The notes: generated from the sequence alone by a model not told the origin. A stretch of DNA of 63,918 nt, filler included, from Aduncisulcus paluster (GCA_024181965.1; 10 parts of 10 records of this genome joined end to end with filler, not necessarily neighbours in it); one strand, 5' to 3'; counted from the first letter of the whole stretch, positions 1 through 13,277 are shown. Translations and numbers: made by a program.

Positions 1-3000
1 AATACAGTTTCACCTGCTCGAGATTCTTTGACCATTCTGTCGAATTGATACTTACTTTCTTGGATTTCATCCTGAATTACCTTTTCATCTTCCAATTGAC
101 AAATTTCAGCTTCAAGAATACGACGTTGACGACGATCCATTGCATCTTTGAGCTTTGTTTCATCATAACACCATCCAAATTTCCTTCCATTTCTCCACAA
201 ATACTCGCCAAATCCAACACCACCACTTCCTTTGCCAGCATTAACAACCAACCATCCGCTCACAAGTTCCTTTTCCGTTTGTTTATCCTCCCCAACTCCA
301 TATCCAACACCTCTTTTTCTTCCCTCATAAGAGAGGGACGAGGAGGAGTGATCATGTTGTTTCTTTCCACGGTGTTTGAGTGAAGAAGATGAAGACTTAA
401 GCTCCTTGATATGATCTTTCTCAAAGAAATTCAAGGTGAATTTGACTTCACGTCCCTTTTTCCTCCCTCGAATTGCTCGTTTTCGGATAAATTCAGCGGA
501 TTCCCCAGTGCATAGAACGAATCGAGGTCTGCATGGAGCAGCTGTCGAGCCTGAAATATTAAGTGACTTAGAGAGGGATGAGATATGTGAGAATTCATGG
601 GGTGTCCCGAGAACCCGTTTCGAAGGAGATGACATCATGTGACTATTGGAATATTCTGGAGATTTCTTGCTTCCACGAGTTGAAGACTGAAGGTAGTGTG
701 AAGATGACTTTGATTGATACAACGGCGATGATACCTGTTGTTGGGGATATGTGGGACTTTTGGGAGAATACTGCATCGACGGCTCTAAATGATACTGATT
801 AGGTCCACTTGGGGAAGGTACATCACGAATACCGGTCATATCTGTACATGGATCATAATTTTCCTCAAATTCATAAGAATGTTTGGGTTGTGCAACAGTA
901 GTAGAGTACAACTTTTCAGCGTGACGAGTTTTGATCTGCTCATCAATCGTTTGCATCGATCTTGTCCGCCCAGATGAAATATCCTCGGGATTCTTTGTAG
1001 CAAACTCATCAAGATTATCTTTCGGTTCGGCACTGAACAGTGTATTGGGCTTTAGCTTGGCGTGAGCAATATCTCTTTCTTTATCAGTGATAATCATGCA
1101 ATTATACGCATAAAATGAGTTAGATGTCCCTCGTACACGGTGTAACTTTTCGAATACAACTCCATTCCTATCCAAGATAGCTCTCCACACACACAAAAGC
1201 CAAGAAGTCGCAGCTCTTGTGTATGATTGGTGGCAGGCCTTCTCAGAAGGGAACAAAGGAGTAACGCAGGCAAAGAACTCATCAGTCGACATGAGAGATG
1301 TTGTACTCGAATATGCATTTGCGATGGTTATCGATTGTTGAAGAGACTGTGAACCTCGCATCTCTCGGAGCTTTCTCTCAGCCTGGAGTTGCTTCTTACG
1401 GGCCAACAAGAGTTCATGCTTAGTTTTGGGACTTCCAGATGTGCCCTTTGTTAACATTGTGAGATCAAACGATATCAAACCTTTCTCAGTATACATGTTC
1501 TCCATTTCTTTTTCAATCACTCTTGAAGCATAATTTGAACGAATAATATGACGTGCTTCTTTCTCAGGCAAATCGAATGCAGGAATTGATGGAGGAACTT
1601 GAGATGTTTTTAAGCTTGAAGGATCTTTTCCTGCCTTCATCTCATCTTCAGAATCACCAGCATAAGTGCTACTCACGGTATAACACTCATCTCCTCCTTC
1701 TCCTTGGTCGAAAGAGGAGTAAGAATAACTACTTTCCAACTCTTCATTCATTTCATCCTGTTCTGGGGGGTAATCCAGCGATGATGCACTGGTGCCGTGC
1801 CGAAGTTTCCTCTCTTCTCTCAATCGTTTCTTTTCTTCTTTTTGCCTCTTTGCTTCTTCTTTCATTTCTTTGTGCTGGTTGCGACGTATTTCTTGATCTC
1901 TTAGACGTCTCCATTCCTCAATTTGTCTAATTTCTTCCAAATCGATATTTTGACGCAGTTCATCGATCCAATTCCCGCATTCTTCGAGTTCATCACTATC
2001 TGGAATAAACACAATACTTCCTGAATGAATGTCGGCAGTTGTTTTGAGTTGATGTTGAAGTGTTTCTCGGACCTTTTCAAGCCACCATCTGCGAAAGAAC
2101 CGAACAAAGCAGAGGGAGACAACACAAGAAAGGAACGGAATGGNNNNNNNNNNNNNNNNNNNNTTCTTCCAAATCGATATTTTGACGCAGTTCATCGATC
2201 CAATTCCCGCATTCTTCGAGTTCATCACTATCTGGAATAAACACAATACTTCCTGAATGAATGTCGGCAGTTGTTTTGAGTTGATGTTGAAGTGTTTCTC
2301 GGACCTTTTCAAGCCACCATCTGCGAAAGAACCGAACAAAGCAGAGGGAGACAACACAAGAAAGGAACGGAATGGACGATGGAAATTCAAGCCCATAGAT
2401 CATTCCTTGAAGAAGAGCCTGGGATTGTTGAGAAAATCCACGAGCAGAAGTGACTGAAGAGTCCGATATTTGGGATAAACTTGAGGTTTGTTTGTTCAAA
2501 AGTGGCGTTCCACGTTTCTTCTTTGAATGTTGAGAAAAAAAAGAGTGACCATTTACAGCTTGATCTTTGGCTCTACTCGTTGGTGCATGGCTTATTAAAC
2601 GGTAGAATGGAACATGGACGAGAACATGGTGGAATATTGATTGGACAGTTGTGAATATTCGTTGCTTTTCAAGGGTTCGAGGTGTGCGTTCTGCTCTAAC
2701 TAGAACTTGTTGAGGGGGAATGTTCAGCGATGTTTGGATTGGAGGCGATTTTATATCACATATTGAAGAGGATTTATCCTGATAATGCTTTTGGATTGAT
2801 GAGTCAGGATGAGCAGTATCCTGTGGTGAGTAGGTAGGTTTAATTGCTGCAAGATCCTCCAATTTAGAATCATTGAATTCTGAATCAGTTCTTTCAAGTT
2901 GCATTTTATCAAATTCTATCATAATATCAGTATATAAAGAAGCGGGAAGACTCCGTTGGACAAATAAATTCTGAAGAAACACTTCTTCATAGCGACTTTG

Positions 3001-3426
3001 AATGAGAGAATATTCCTTTTTAATCTTATCAAATTCAGTAGTGACAGAATCTCTCTGTGTAACTACTTTTTCAAGTTCTTCCTCCAATTTTGAAACTTGC
3101 ATCTGGGTTTCGAGTTCAATTTCCGCTATTTTATCATCTCGAGTTTTAAGAAGTTTAGATTGTTGTTCAATTATATCCTCTTTGCTTTCAATAGAGACAC
3201 GAAATCCATCAGCGAATGACTTTATCATTTTTTGCATTTTATCATAAAGAAGTTTAATCTTAGCTTGGAGAGCATATACATCTTTTTCTTCTTCTTCACT
3301 TTCTGAACCAGAAGTAGGCTTTCCTTGTCCATCGGAGGCAACATCAGTTAATTCTTGTAATGACACCTCAAAATCGTGTCCTAATTTCTCAAATAGCTGT
3401 GTATAATCCACTTCTTGTTCAGACAT
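1..3426 (-). CDS. Large hypothetical protein with N-terminal coiled coil; 3' end runs off the window
   Basis: ORF 3426-2164 (MSEQEVDYT...) resumes in frame at 1931 once the overlap duplicate (1932-2143 = 2164-2375) is collapsed (...NIDLEEIRQIEEWRRLRDQEIRR...). I read it open from 1931 to ~1140 and again at 60-1 in the same frame. Confidence 0.8.
1932..2375. other. Assembly artefact: 212-nt overlap duplicated around 20-N gap (2144-2163)
   Basis: 1932-2143 is identical to 2164-2375; collapsing restores the reading frame. Confidence 0.9.
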
Positions 3427-3650
3427 TCATAAATAAGTTAGTAAATAAAAATGTCTGCTACAAAAGAACGAGTTATCAGCATTTATATTCCTCAGAATCC
3501 TCAGCTTAAACATAGGGAATAATTTCGCATGTAAGTTCATTTAATTAAAATAAAGAATAAATTTTTCCTGTTTAAACCATTTTTCAAAAGGCAACCAACT
3601 CGAAAGCTTAAATTCGTTTGTTTTGACACACCTACATTACTAATTCATAA

Positions 3651-4499
3651 ATGAGTTCAAGTTCTGGAGTATTTATATCAGATAAAGATAAACAAAGTGA
3701 TTCATTTGAATCTTCATTAGAAAAACTAGCTGATACAGTTTTTGATGTCAGAAAAGCTGTGTATGTGTATTATTGAAAGTTTTTCTCTTTTATTTCATAA
3801 TAACATACTTTTAATATTTGAATTTTAAATATAACAATATTATTTAGGACTAGTTTCATTGAAAGTGACATCCAGGGTGTCACTCTAATTCCAAGGCCGC
3901 ACCATATTTTTGATGGCGTAATATTTGTTAGAGAAGGACCTTTGCGCAGTTCTATTTTTAGATTATTACTTAAACTTAGATTTGATGAAGATATTCCAAC
4001 ACATAGTTTATTTCTATATCCTGCTCCATTCCATCCCTTTTTTTCAGAGTTAGGAAAACTTTTATTGCCAGTTGATGTCATTAAAGATAAGGAATATGAT
4101 ATTTTAACTTCGATTATGCAATATCTTGTCTTTGTCATCACCAAACCTTTCGAACTTGTCAATTCTGATGCTATTTTTATTAATTCATCATTGGTCCAGA
4201 ATACTACAGCTGCAAAATTGTTGAAAACTGCAAGAAAACTTGTTGATAAAGAAGATTTCGATGGAGTCTGTGAATATATTACAAAATCACATGAATGCTC
4301 CCAATATTCCCGAAAATTACTTTTAACTGAGAAAAAAACCCCGGATTTCCAAGGATATCAATGGTATTTGGATCTTTCTCAGCCTGAAACGGATGAGGAT
4401 AAGCGTCGAATTGAAGCGATTAAGCAACGAATTATTGGGGTGAAGCCTGCATCCAGAGAGTCCTGGATTGAACTTTTGAAGTCTATTCTTTCGTTATAA
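3651..4499 (+). CDS. AKTIP/crossbronx-like ubiquitin E2 variant (UEV), 2 exons (3651-3760, 3848-4499), 253 aa
   Basis: ATG at 3651; the 87-nt GTATGT...TTTAG intron 3761-3847 joins in frame. Protein has the UBC-fold pattern GVTLIP..HIFDGVIFVREGPLRSSIFRL...PFHPFFSELGKL, with no catalytic Cys at the expected position, as in the AKTIP family. Confidence 0.7.
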
Positions 4500-4925
4500 C
4501 AATGATAATTTGATCGTTCTTGTTAAATGGATATTTATTAGACTCAGACGCAACAATGATCCAAAACTAAAAAATAACTCATAAAGTCTGATTCAAAGTT
4601 AAAATTTCATTCATTTGTGAGGGAAAAAAGAAGAATATGTCAAATATTTCTTAAGTTTAATTATTAATAACAAAGAGAAATATGGATATTTGTTAAAATA
4701 AGCAATCGTTTCTAAAAATAGCGAGCGTTTCTTCACGATATAAGATAAAAAGCAAACAACCAACTTTCACAAGAGTTTTCATCAAAACGTAAACATAAAT
4801 ATGCCATATATTTCAAAAATATTTCATATTTCGAGACCTTGTGACAATAAAAATGTCCATCGATTCAAGAATAAATATGTCAACATGACATTTGACTATT
4901 ACTATACATAAAATAAATAAACAAA

Positions 4926-6101
4926 CTATTTTAGTTGCCAAATATTGTTAAATTGTTCATCAAGCCGCGATAAAACTTCATTTTCTTGAGTAATTCGTGC
5001 CATTTCGTATTTGTTTTTTATCTCCCTGAAAGGATCAACTTCCCAGAGAACACGCAATAAACCTCCCCAAAGAAAGTCACTCCATGAACATTCAATGTCG
5101 ATATCGCATGAAATCAAAGGAATAGCGGCATTGAAATCAATATAAAACCATTGATTAACCGTGGATAATGGAAACTCAAATGGAAGCGAAACAATACCAA
5201 AATCATCGATATTAATGTCACATAACTCCTTTTTCTTACATTTAAGACATAAAAACATTGGGAATACTTGTAACTTGAGAGTCAAGTGTTTTGGACGGTG
5301 AGTTTTGGGCATATGAAACCAAATACGACGGACACAGTGGAAAGCCTGAGAAAATGGGACATGCATCGTAAAAAAAAGCGCAAATTTAAATTGTCCTTGT
5401 AAGAATTGCGTGAGAACTGATTTTGACCACCCTGTAGAATCTTCGGCTGACGCATGATCGAAATCTATCTTTGCAAGTATCATAGATTCAATGGGCGGTG
5501 ACTGATCGAAGAGAATTGCTGGCCTCCTGATCGATTGCAGCTGTTGAATACGATCTAAGGATTCTTGAAGAGATTGAGAATCTTTAATAAACCGAATTTT
5601 ATCCATGCGACAAACTGGCGCTGTCTTGCTTTCTGAATTCACTGCTTCCATACATTCAATTGTACACGATTCAATTCCGTGAACATCAATATTATCAATT
5701 TGATAATACGTCCACATGCCTCGAGGTAATGGTGGGACATCATATAGATGAGTGATTACAGTACCATCAGATGATACAAATATGAAGCGAAGAAGTTTTG
5801 GAAACCCTTTCCGCAAAGAATTGTGAGAAGCTGTGAATAAAAACTTAGAAATTCCTACAGGTGAAAGAAAGTCGAAACTAAGCGAATGAAATGTAGAAAA
5901 ACAATGGGCATCAATAAAACAAGCAAATGAATGTGGATGCGCAAGAGATTGACCTGAAGCATGTGAAGAACGTAGAGGAACCACTGAAGGATCAACATGT
6001 GTGGGGATACACGGATCAACAATTTGAAAAGTTCCAATTTTATCATAAGCTTGTCCAAGATGAGACGATATGGATATAAGAGACTTAGATGAAGAATACA
6101 T
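4926..6101 (-). CDS. Hypothetical protein with two tandem jelly-roll-like (APC10/DOC-like) repeats
   Basis: Likely ATG at 6101 (MYSSSK). Two internally similar units: FPKLLRFIF...WTYYQID..IESCTIEC and RPKHLTLKL...WFYIDF..LISCDIDIEC. Fold assignment is inference. Confidence 0.65.
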   Translation of the reverse strand: MYSSSKSLISISSHLGQAYDKIGTFQIVDPCIPTHVDPSVVPLRSSHASGQSLAHPHSFACFIDAHCFSTFHSLSFDFLSPVGISKFLFTASHNSLRKGFPKLLRFIFVSSDGTVITHLYDVPPLPRGMWTYYQIDNIDVHGIESCTIECMEAVNSESKTAPVCRMDKIRFIKDSQSLQESLDRIQQLQSIRRPAILFDQSPPIESMILAKIDFDHASAEDSTGWSKSVLTQFLQGQFKFALFFTMHVPFSQAFHCVRRIWFHMPKTHRPKHLTLKLQVFPMFLCLKCKKKELCDINIDDFGIVSLPFEFPLSTVNQWFYIDFNAAIPLISCDIDIECSWSDFLWGGLLRVLWEVDPFREIKNKYEMARITQENEVLSRLDEQFNNIWQLK

Positions 6102-6277
6102 TGTGATGAATAGAAGAATCTCACCCAAAACAATTACAAAATATACAATATAGGAAAAAGTTTAAGTAATTATAAATAAAATGATTCAAAATTGAATTAA
6201 ATAACTTGTTCCTATGTTTGAATAGCGAGAAAAATGGCAAAACTCCAACCAATAGTAATACAACACGATTATAAACA

Positions 6278-6295
6278 TTCCGCCCTATCTGTCTT
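6278..6295 (+). promoter_or_regulatory. Candidate promoter motif TTCCGCYCTATCTGYCTT (copy 1)
   Basis: Near-identical copy at 32840-32857. Both lie in divergent intergenic regions, ending 143-145 nt before the + strand ATG. Confidence 0.4.
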
Positions 6296-6439
6296 GTTAA
6301 ATTTATTGAATAAAAATTTTTACGAATTTTTTTTTTTTTGTATTTTTCTCTTAACTTAGATTATTCTGAGAGTTTCGGTTTGATTTCTAGTTCCTTGTCT
6401 TGATAACTTATAATTTTCAAATTCAATTTTTTGAAAGTA

Positions 6440-9400
6440 ATGTTCATCCAACCTTCCATTTTTACTGGATATTTTTTTGTATTTTTTTGTTTTATCTTTC
6501 TATTTCCATTTTGTCGTGCCGGTCAAGAATTAGGGATTACAATCACTGAAGATAACTATCATTGTAGCGCACCTACTTGTGATATTTTATCGGCCTTCGC
6601 TACTGCCTGCACAACAGCTTCAAATGAGCCGGTGAACTTGACAATTTATAATGATACAGAGTATCCTGTTAAGTTTTCAGTTGACACAATCACTTTAAGT
6701 TGTATAAATGCCCAATATCGTCTCGTAATTGAGATGCTTAGTCCTGTAGAATTCCTGAATGAAGCTCTTCTACAAAATTTTGAATTTGCTGGAGATGGAA
6801 CCAGCGATATCACTTTCCATGGACCAACCACATTTAAAAATCTCATTATAAGAGATTCTAAAATTAAAATTGCCAAATCTGATGAACCAACTATTTTTTC
6901 TGAAGTGACTATCACTTCTTCTCGAATTCGTGTATCTTACCCTTCTTTTATACCATATAATGTTTATTTATTTGATGAAACCTCATTAGTCGTTGTTGGA
7001 TCTCTTGTTATGTCTGAAAATACTCTCATTCAGGCTGCTCCAACCAGTGGTGTTTCTGAGCTACAAAATGTTTCTATTGATGTTAAAGGAGACGTTGAAT
7101 TCCCAATGAACTTTGATTTGGGAGTTCCTGGTCAAATTATCATGAAAAATATCGTTAATGCTAACGGAAATCCTGCTTTGTCCGTTGATGGTGGAATGTG
7201 TCATATGAATCCGAATGCTGTCTATTCATCGCCATCAATACAATTTTCTAATATTAATGTGTCTGGATGGAAGTCTCCTCTCCACTTTACCGGAGCTATC
7301 CCGTCCTCTTGTACCACAGACGACGGATCAGATATACAATTTGGTCTTAAGAATGCTTACTTCACCGGATGCAAGTCAAGTCGTGGAGGAGCATTGCAAC
7401 TCAATGCAGATGTGGGCATTGAACAAGACTTTTACTTTGATCACGCTGTATTCCACCAATGTACTGCTATTGGTGGTGGTGCTATCTACACTGCGTGCCC
7501 TATTTTCATTAAAGACTTCGGCGTTGGCTCAACTCGTCCTGATCTGACGTCATCTCTCAGCGATATCAAGAATATTACGTCATATCCTCTCATTGTGTCT
7601 GAATGCTCGGCTACTGTTGGTGGAGGTGTTGTTCTTGAAGCCAGTACTGCTTATGAAAAGAGCGTTACCCTTGAATTGCTTCCTACATCAAGAAAGATGA
7701 AGGCTTTTATTGAGATTGATGAGGAAGATCCCACAGATGATGAAATTACCACCAAATATAGCGCTCTGCTGCCATTCATCCTTGACAATTGCTCTGCCAC
7801 CTATGGAGATAAGCTTAACACTGACCCTGTTCATATTTGCTACACTGTTGATGACATTGTCCACTGCCCAAGTCTGAGCGACACCTTTGTTGAGGCCGTG
7901 AGTGCTAAGGCATGGGATGCAGCCTTGAGTGTGACAGATGACTATGATCTTGATGAGTATTATGCATCTACGGCTGATTCTTTCCTCTCTCAGCTTGAGG
8001 AAGATACTGGTATTGCCCTTGGAGACTCCGATGGAACGACTTATGAGGGCGATTGGCTTGATTCTATCCTTGATGAATCAGACAATGCCGATGCAGCGGC
8101 TGCTTTTGAAGATACCACTGATTCTAGCTGTTACTCTGATCCTTATGGAAACAGTGACACTTGTTCATGTTCGATTGATGCCTATATGGACACTGAAAAG
8201 TGTGGAGTGTCATTCGATGACTTCTCTGAACTCACCAATGTCGTCGTTCGTGAGGTTGTTGAGAATCCTTGTGACACTGATTCCTTTTCCACGGCCTGTT
8301 TGTGCTATAGTAACCCATTTGACGAGGAATGCTCTGATGATGATGATGGCGACACGATTACTACTTTCTACTCTTGCTTTGCCGAAGAGTTTGATATTGA
8401 ACTATGTTGTGAAGAAACTGACTATGTAGCTTCCGTGTGTTGTGAAGTCTTGGATGACGCTGGATCCATTCCAAGATGTGCAGACTACCTTAGTGAGGAC
8501 ACTGACCAAGCTGCTGTCGGTTTTGCCGAATGTATGGCCACCCCGGAGGAAGGTGGCGTTGCTGAATCCTCCACCGATCCTGATGGTCTTGAGATCTGCT
8601 GTTTAATCTATGGAATTGATCAGGATGAGAACTGTGCCGATGCCTACAGTGATAACAATTACGCTGCCATTTCGATCCTCTCTGATATGAGTTCTTCCGA
8701 GTACAAGGCTGGAACACTCTCGATCGAGGATATCCTTGATAGACACTGTGGGTATGATACGAGATGTGAGTTCTCTGCCGTGTGTAATGCCATTGTAACT
8801 GCTGACGATCTCTTCCCGACCCTCTATGAGATGTGTAACTACACTCTTCATGATCCTGTCACGTGCTGTTTCTACACTGATGAGAATGATCAATATCCTG
8901 CTCAATCATGCGCTGCCAGCGTGTTTATGAGTCTTTATGAGCTTGATATCCTTGGAGCTACCACTCTCCGTAAGCAGTGTCGATATGTTATGGATTCCCT
9001 GGATGACACTGATTCTATCTGTGAACTGGGCGATCAATATACTGATTATGCTTACACTCAGAGTACTGATAGATGTCTTGCAGACTATGACATTGAAACG
9101 TGCTGTTCAAGCTCTATGCTGATGAAAGGAGTCCGTTTCAACGAGATGAGTAAGGAATGTCAGGCATACCAGTTCTTCACTGCTCAGATGAAAGCATATG
9201 CCGAGGGTTCTGATGCAAGGAGATACACTACATGTGTTGCTCTCCAGTCTGCTGACACATACATGTACCCTCCGAATGTCTCAGACACTTATAACACATG
9301 CATGGCTCTTGAACTCTCTCTCTGAGTGTGTTACTTGGACTGACGCTGAGTATTTGAAACAGTGCCCGTTGTATTATGCCGTCGCAACTGGGCTGGATAC

Positions 9401-12400
9401 TGACCTTGATGATAGCGCTGATGTTGCTGCCACCGAGTTCTCTTCATTGCGTCCTAAATGGGCGGAGAAGAAGAATTTCATTGAAAACAGGCGTGTGAGT
9501 CTGTTTATCGACTCTAAGGCAGACACTTCCCAAGAGAAGAGGATCAACCGTCGTAATTTCTTGAATTCTTCACCATCAGTTCCTTTCAATTCTGTGCCCG
9601 ATGGGATTGAGACCACAAACAATGGTCTTGAAGTTGATAATTATTCAAAGAACGTGACAGTGTCTCTTTATTCTTATTTCGTTGAACCCACAGTTGCTCT
9701 CGTTGAAGATGGACATTTCATCACTTTAGCTACAACCTCTGGTGATGATGTGTACAATAGGGCGGCGGTTACACCCATGTTCTTCCAATTCGAGTCTTCC
9801 TACTCCTCTGCAAACCACTCTAGCACTCAGGAGGTTGTTGTGGCTGCTCCAAAGGAAGAAACGTACGGATATGCCTTCTTGAAGGTATTTGGAAGAGATA
9901 TCAATGCATTCAAACTCTCTGTAAAACTCCCCACTTGTAGCATCGACTCTGCCCTTCAGGTGACTGGGTCCAATCCCTTTCGAGGGATGTGTATCAAGTG
10001 TAATGGTCCGAGCACATACAAGGGAGTTAAGGAGAAAGGTGCTCTCTGTCAGATATGTCCTGATGGTGCCACATGTTACGGTGGAGGTGTTGTGAGTAGC
10101 TCTGAGGGGTATTGGACAATGCTTGATCCTGACACTGGTGCCATTGTCCTACGTGATGATGGTACTGTGCTCCATCATGAATGCCCCATTGACAACACAT
10201 GTATGGGTAATGATGCCTTGTTGGAAGAGAATGACTATGTTATGAGTCCTGCTCTTGTTGAGGGTGGGTGTGCCGATGGACACAATGGTTCTCTCTGTCT
10301 CTTGTGTAATGATGGATGGGTCAGAGGTGGTGTGAATGAAGGGTGTGGACAATGTACCAATAAGTTCTTTGTGTTGATTTCCTTCGGGGGAATGTTAGTT
10401 CTCCAGGTTCTATTCACCATCTATGGATGTGTTCAAACTGCTCGTGAAGAGCTTTCAATTGAACAGAGACACGAATTCCAACTGAGAGGATACCGGCAAA
10501 TCCAAGTTTCAGGGTCATCTTCTGAGCTCTCAAGCAGAAACAATGATGCCCAGTCTGATCGATCTTCGGTTCATTCAAGTCAACCCAGTCACCATTCGAG
10601 TGCATCCAATCATGGATATCCCATTTCACCTGTCCAACGTGCCATTTCACCCATTCAAGAGAGCAGATCTCAACCCATTGCCCCATCAACGATTCCTCCT
10701 TTGACTTGTATTGAATTGGCCTCATCTTCTATTTCCTCTTCCACCCCGAAAGGAAAAGAGGATAACAAGTCCTTTGTGAGTGTTCGTGAGCTTGTTGCTT
10801 CTCCAATAACCTCCACCAGAACAGATCTTGTTGAAGAGTTGGATGATGAAACAGACGACCGTACTCTTGAAGAGACCCAATCTCAACATGATACAACAGA
10901 ATCTGAAGTGAAAGGTTCTTCAAGAAATGAAGACCAAGAAACAGGGTTCGAGATTGCTGTGGGCTTTGATGATCTTGAGAAACATCAAGAACAGGAACTC
11001 AAGGAAGAAGAAGTTAGTGGAGAAGGAGGAGAGGCTCGTGAAGATCCATGTGAATTCGCCTCTATTGTGAATGTTGTGGAGGATCCTAGAGAAGATACAA
11101 TCTCTGAGACACCTAGACAGAACACAGTCGTCGTGGAAGATGAACAATCGTCCACTACAGGTGTATCTGATCATCATGTGGCTACTTCAGTCACTCCCTC
11201 GGTCTCTGATGAGGGCAATTCTGTCCCCAATACTCTGAATCGAGCCAATAGCATGCTTTCTGTCACTTCTCAACCTGATGCCCATATTACTCAGGTGAAG
11301 GGAATCAGTGAACCAGAGGAATCCAGTATTGCGTCTTCCTCTACCACCACAAAAACTAGGATAGTTGAAGATGAGACCATGGAAGATGAGACCATGGAAG
11401 ATGATTCTGTGAAACAATCGTTATCTGAGAAGAAGCGGACTGGGTGTGTCGATCATCAAGTCGAAGAAACAGATGAAACTATGGTTGGACCTTGCTTTGG
11501 GAAAGATCTTGCTTCTTCATGTCCTCCAAGTCCACACATGGATATGATCACCCAAGTCACTGCCATCACCTCTGAGATTCCAAATGAATCTGAAGGTACT
11601 GTGGTAACACATAATCAGGCACAGATCGAGACTCCTCGTTGGAATGAAGGAGAGTATGTTGTACAACGTCTAGAAGCCATTGAAGGAGGAGAAGAAGGAG
11701 AAGAGGAAGAGGAAGAGGAAGAGGAAGAACCACAAACTCTTAGTATTACCACATCCTTGTCTCTTCTTTTGAGCCATTGNNNNNNNNNNNNNNNNNNNNA
11801 TAATCAGGCACAGATCGAGACTCCTCGTTGGAATGAAGGAGAGTATGTTGTACAACGTCTAGAAGCCATTGAAGGAGGAGAAGAAGGAGAAGAGGAAGAG
11901 GAAGAGGAAGAGGAAGAACCACAAACTCTTAGTATTACCACATCCTTGTCTCTTCTTTTGAGCCATTGGCAGACTCTTATAGTGGCTCCATGGGGTGTGA
12001 GCTTTGGTATATTTAGTTTGGATGCTCTTGATCTGTCTCCTCGGGTGTTCAATGTAGGCATCAGTTGTCTCTGGCCCTCAAATTTCTCCCCTTTCTTGAT
12101 GAGTCTCCTCAACATGCTCTTCCCCACAATTCTTATACTCTCAACTCTGTGTGGTATGTCCTTTGTTCTCAAGCGTATGCACAAGGTATTTACAGAAATG
12201 GATAGTGCAGTTTTGTTTTCACTATTTTGTGAGGTATTCTTGCTTATTTCCACTGAAGCTGCTGCTTCGGTGCTTCGTGTGTTCAAACTTGGCCTTGTTG
12301 CTGGATCTGATAGTGAAACAATGAGTGAATATGTCTGGATTTATGATACAAGTATCCGAACAAGTGATTCACAATGGAAAACGTTGTTATATTGCTGTAT

Positions 12401-13277
12401 CGTTGTGCTTTCCCTCAACCTTGTAATTGTTCCACTTGTTCTTGGTCTTGGTGCCAGGAAAAAGTTCACGACAACCGGCAGAAAGATTCCAATGGTCGAA
12501 GGGTTGAAAGATGGGTTCACATGGTTTATCGTTGGACTATTGGTCTTCAGACAGCTGCTCCAGATTGTTGTTTCAGTTGTCAATGGAGGTACAATCCAAG
12601 TATTTGCCATTGCTATTCTTTTGATTGTTGCTAGAATTGTATTTTGGAAATTCATGCCCTTCTTTGTGACTCAGGAGAACAATGCCATGATCTGGTCATT
12701 TGATATCCTTGCCCTCTCTTACCTAACCCTTGGTCTGGGCAATATCCTGAAGGAAGGTGCTGGAGGACGTTGGATATTCAAGATATTCGTTGCTCTTTCC
12801 ATCATGTTCAACGTTTTAATGCTTGTTATTATGATAATTTGCATGACAGAGCATTTCAAGCTTGTTCTTATGGAGAAAGCCAAAGATATTATTGAACGAA
12901 TCAAGACAAAACTCATGAATTACAGTGAAGATGATGAAATTGACAGATTAAAGAAAGAAAATAGGGAGAAAGAACAACAGTCTGAGGCCTCTGAATTGAC
13001 CCCAAGAGCTAATTCCCAGAAGAATCCAGCCGATCTTGAAGCCAACGGTGAAGATATTAAGGTGAAAGAGAAACCGTCAAGTCCGAGGAACGGCGGAAAA
13101 CAACTTAAAAAGAGCAATTATGGGAGTTCGAAGAAGTCGAATATGTCCAGCCCGAGGAAACAGCATCGTCCTTCACTCAATTTGGTGCTTCCACCTTTAA
13201 TTGAAGGACTTGATGATGTCAGTGACTCAAAGGATGCGACAAGACTTCCACCTGTTCTTGAATCATTAAATGAATGA
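6440..13277 (+). CDS. Very large cell-surface protein: signal peptide, beta-helix/GGA-repeat region, Cys/Asp-rich region, Cys-rich (GCC2/GCC3-like) segment, multi-pass (about 7TM) C-terminus; split by a +1 frameshift near 9314-9325
   Basis: ORFs 6431-9325 and 9198-13277 overlap and share the same Cys/Asp-rich character across GAA(CT)5GAG. N-terminal hydrophobic leader; GGAL/GGAI/GGGV motifs; C-x2-CPDGATC...GYW...C...GHNGSLC..C..GW motif; several hydrophobic helices at the end. Confidence 0.8.
11611..11968. other. Assembly artefact: 169-nt overlap duplicated around 20-N gap (11780-11799)
   Basis: 11611-11779 = 11800-11968. Confidence 0.9.

Noticed and set aside
1932-2375. Tandem duplications of 170-250 nt here and at 11611, 18712 and 20458
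   Set aside because: Each surrounds a 20-N gap and collapsing it restores the ORF, so they are unmerged scaffold overlaps.
9323-9346. Selenocysteine or stop readthrough at TGA 9323-9325
   Set aside because: Two more in-frame TGAs follow within eight codons; coding continues in the +1 frame instead.
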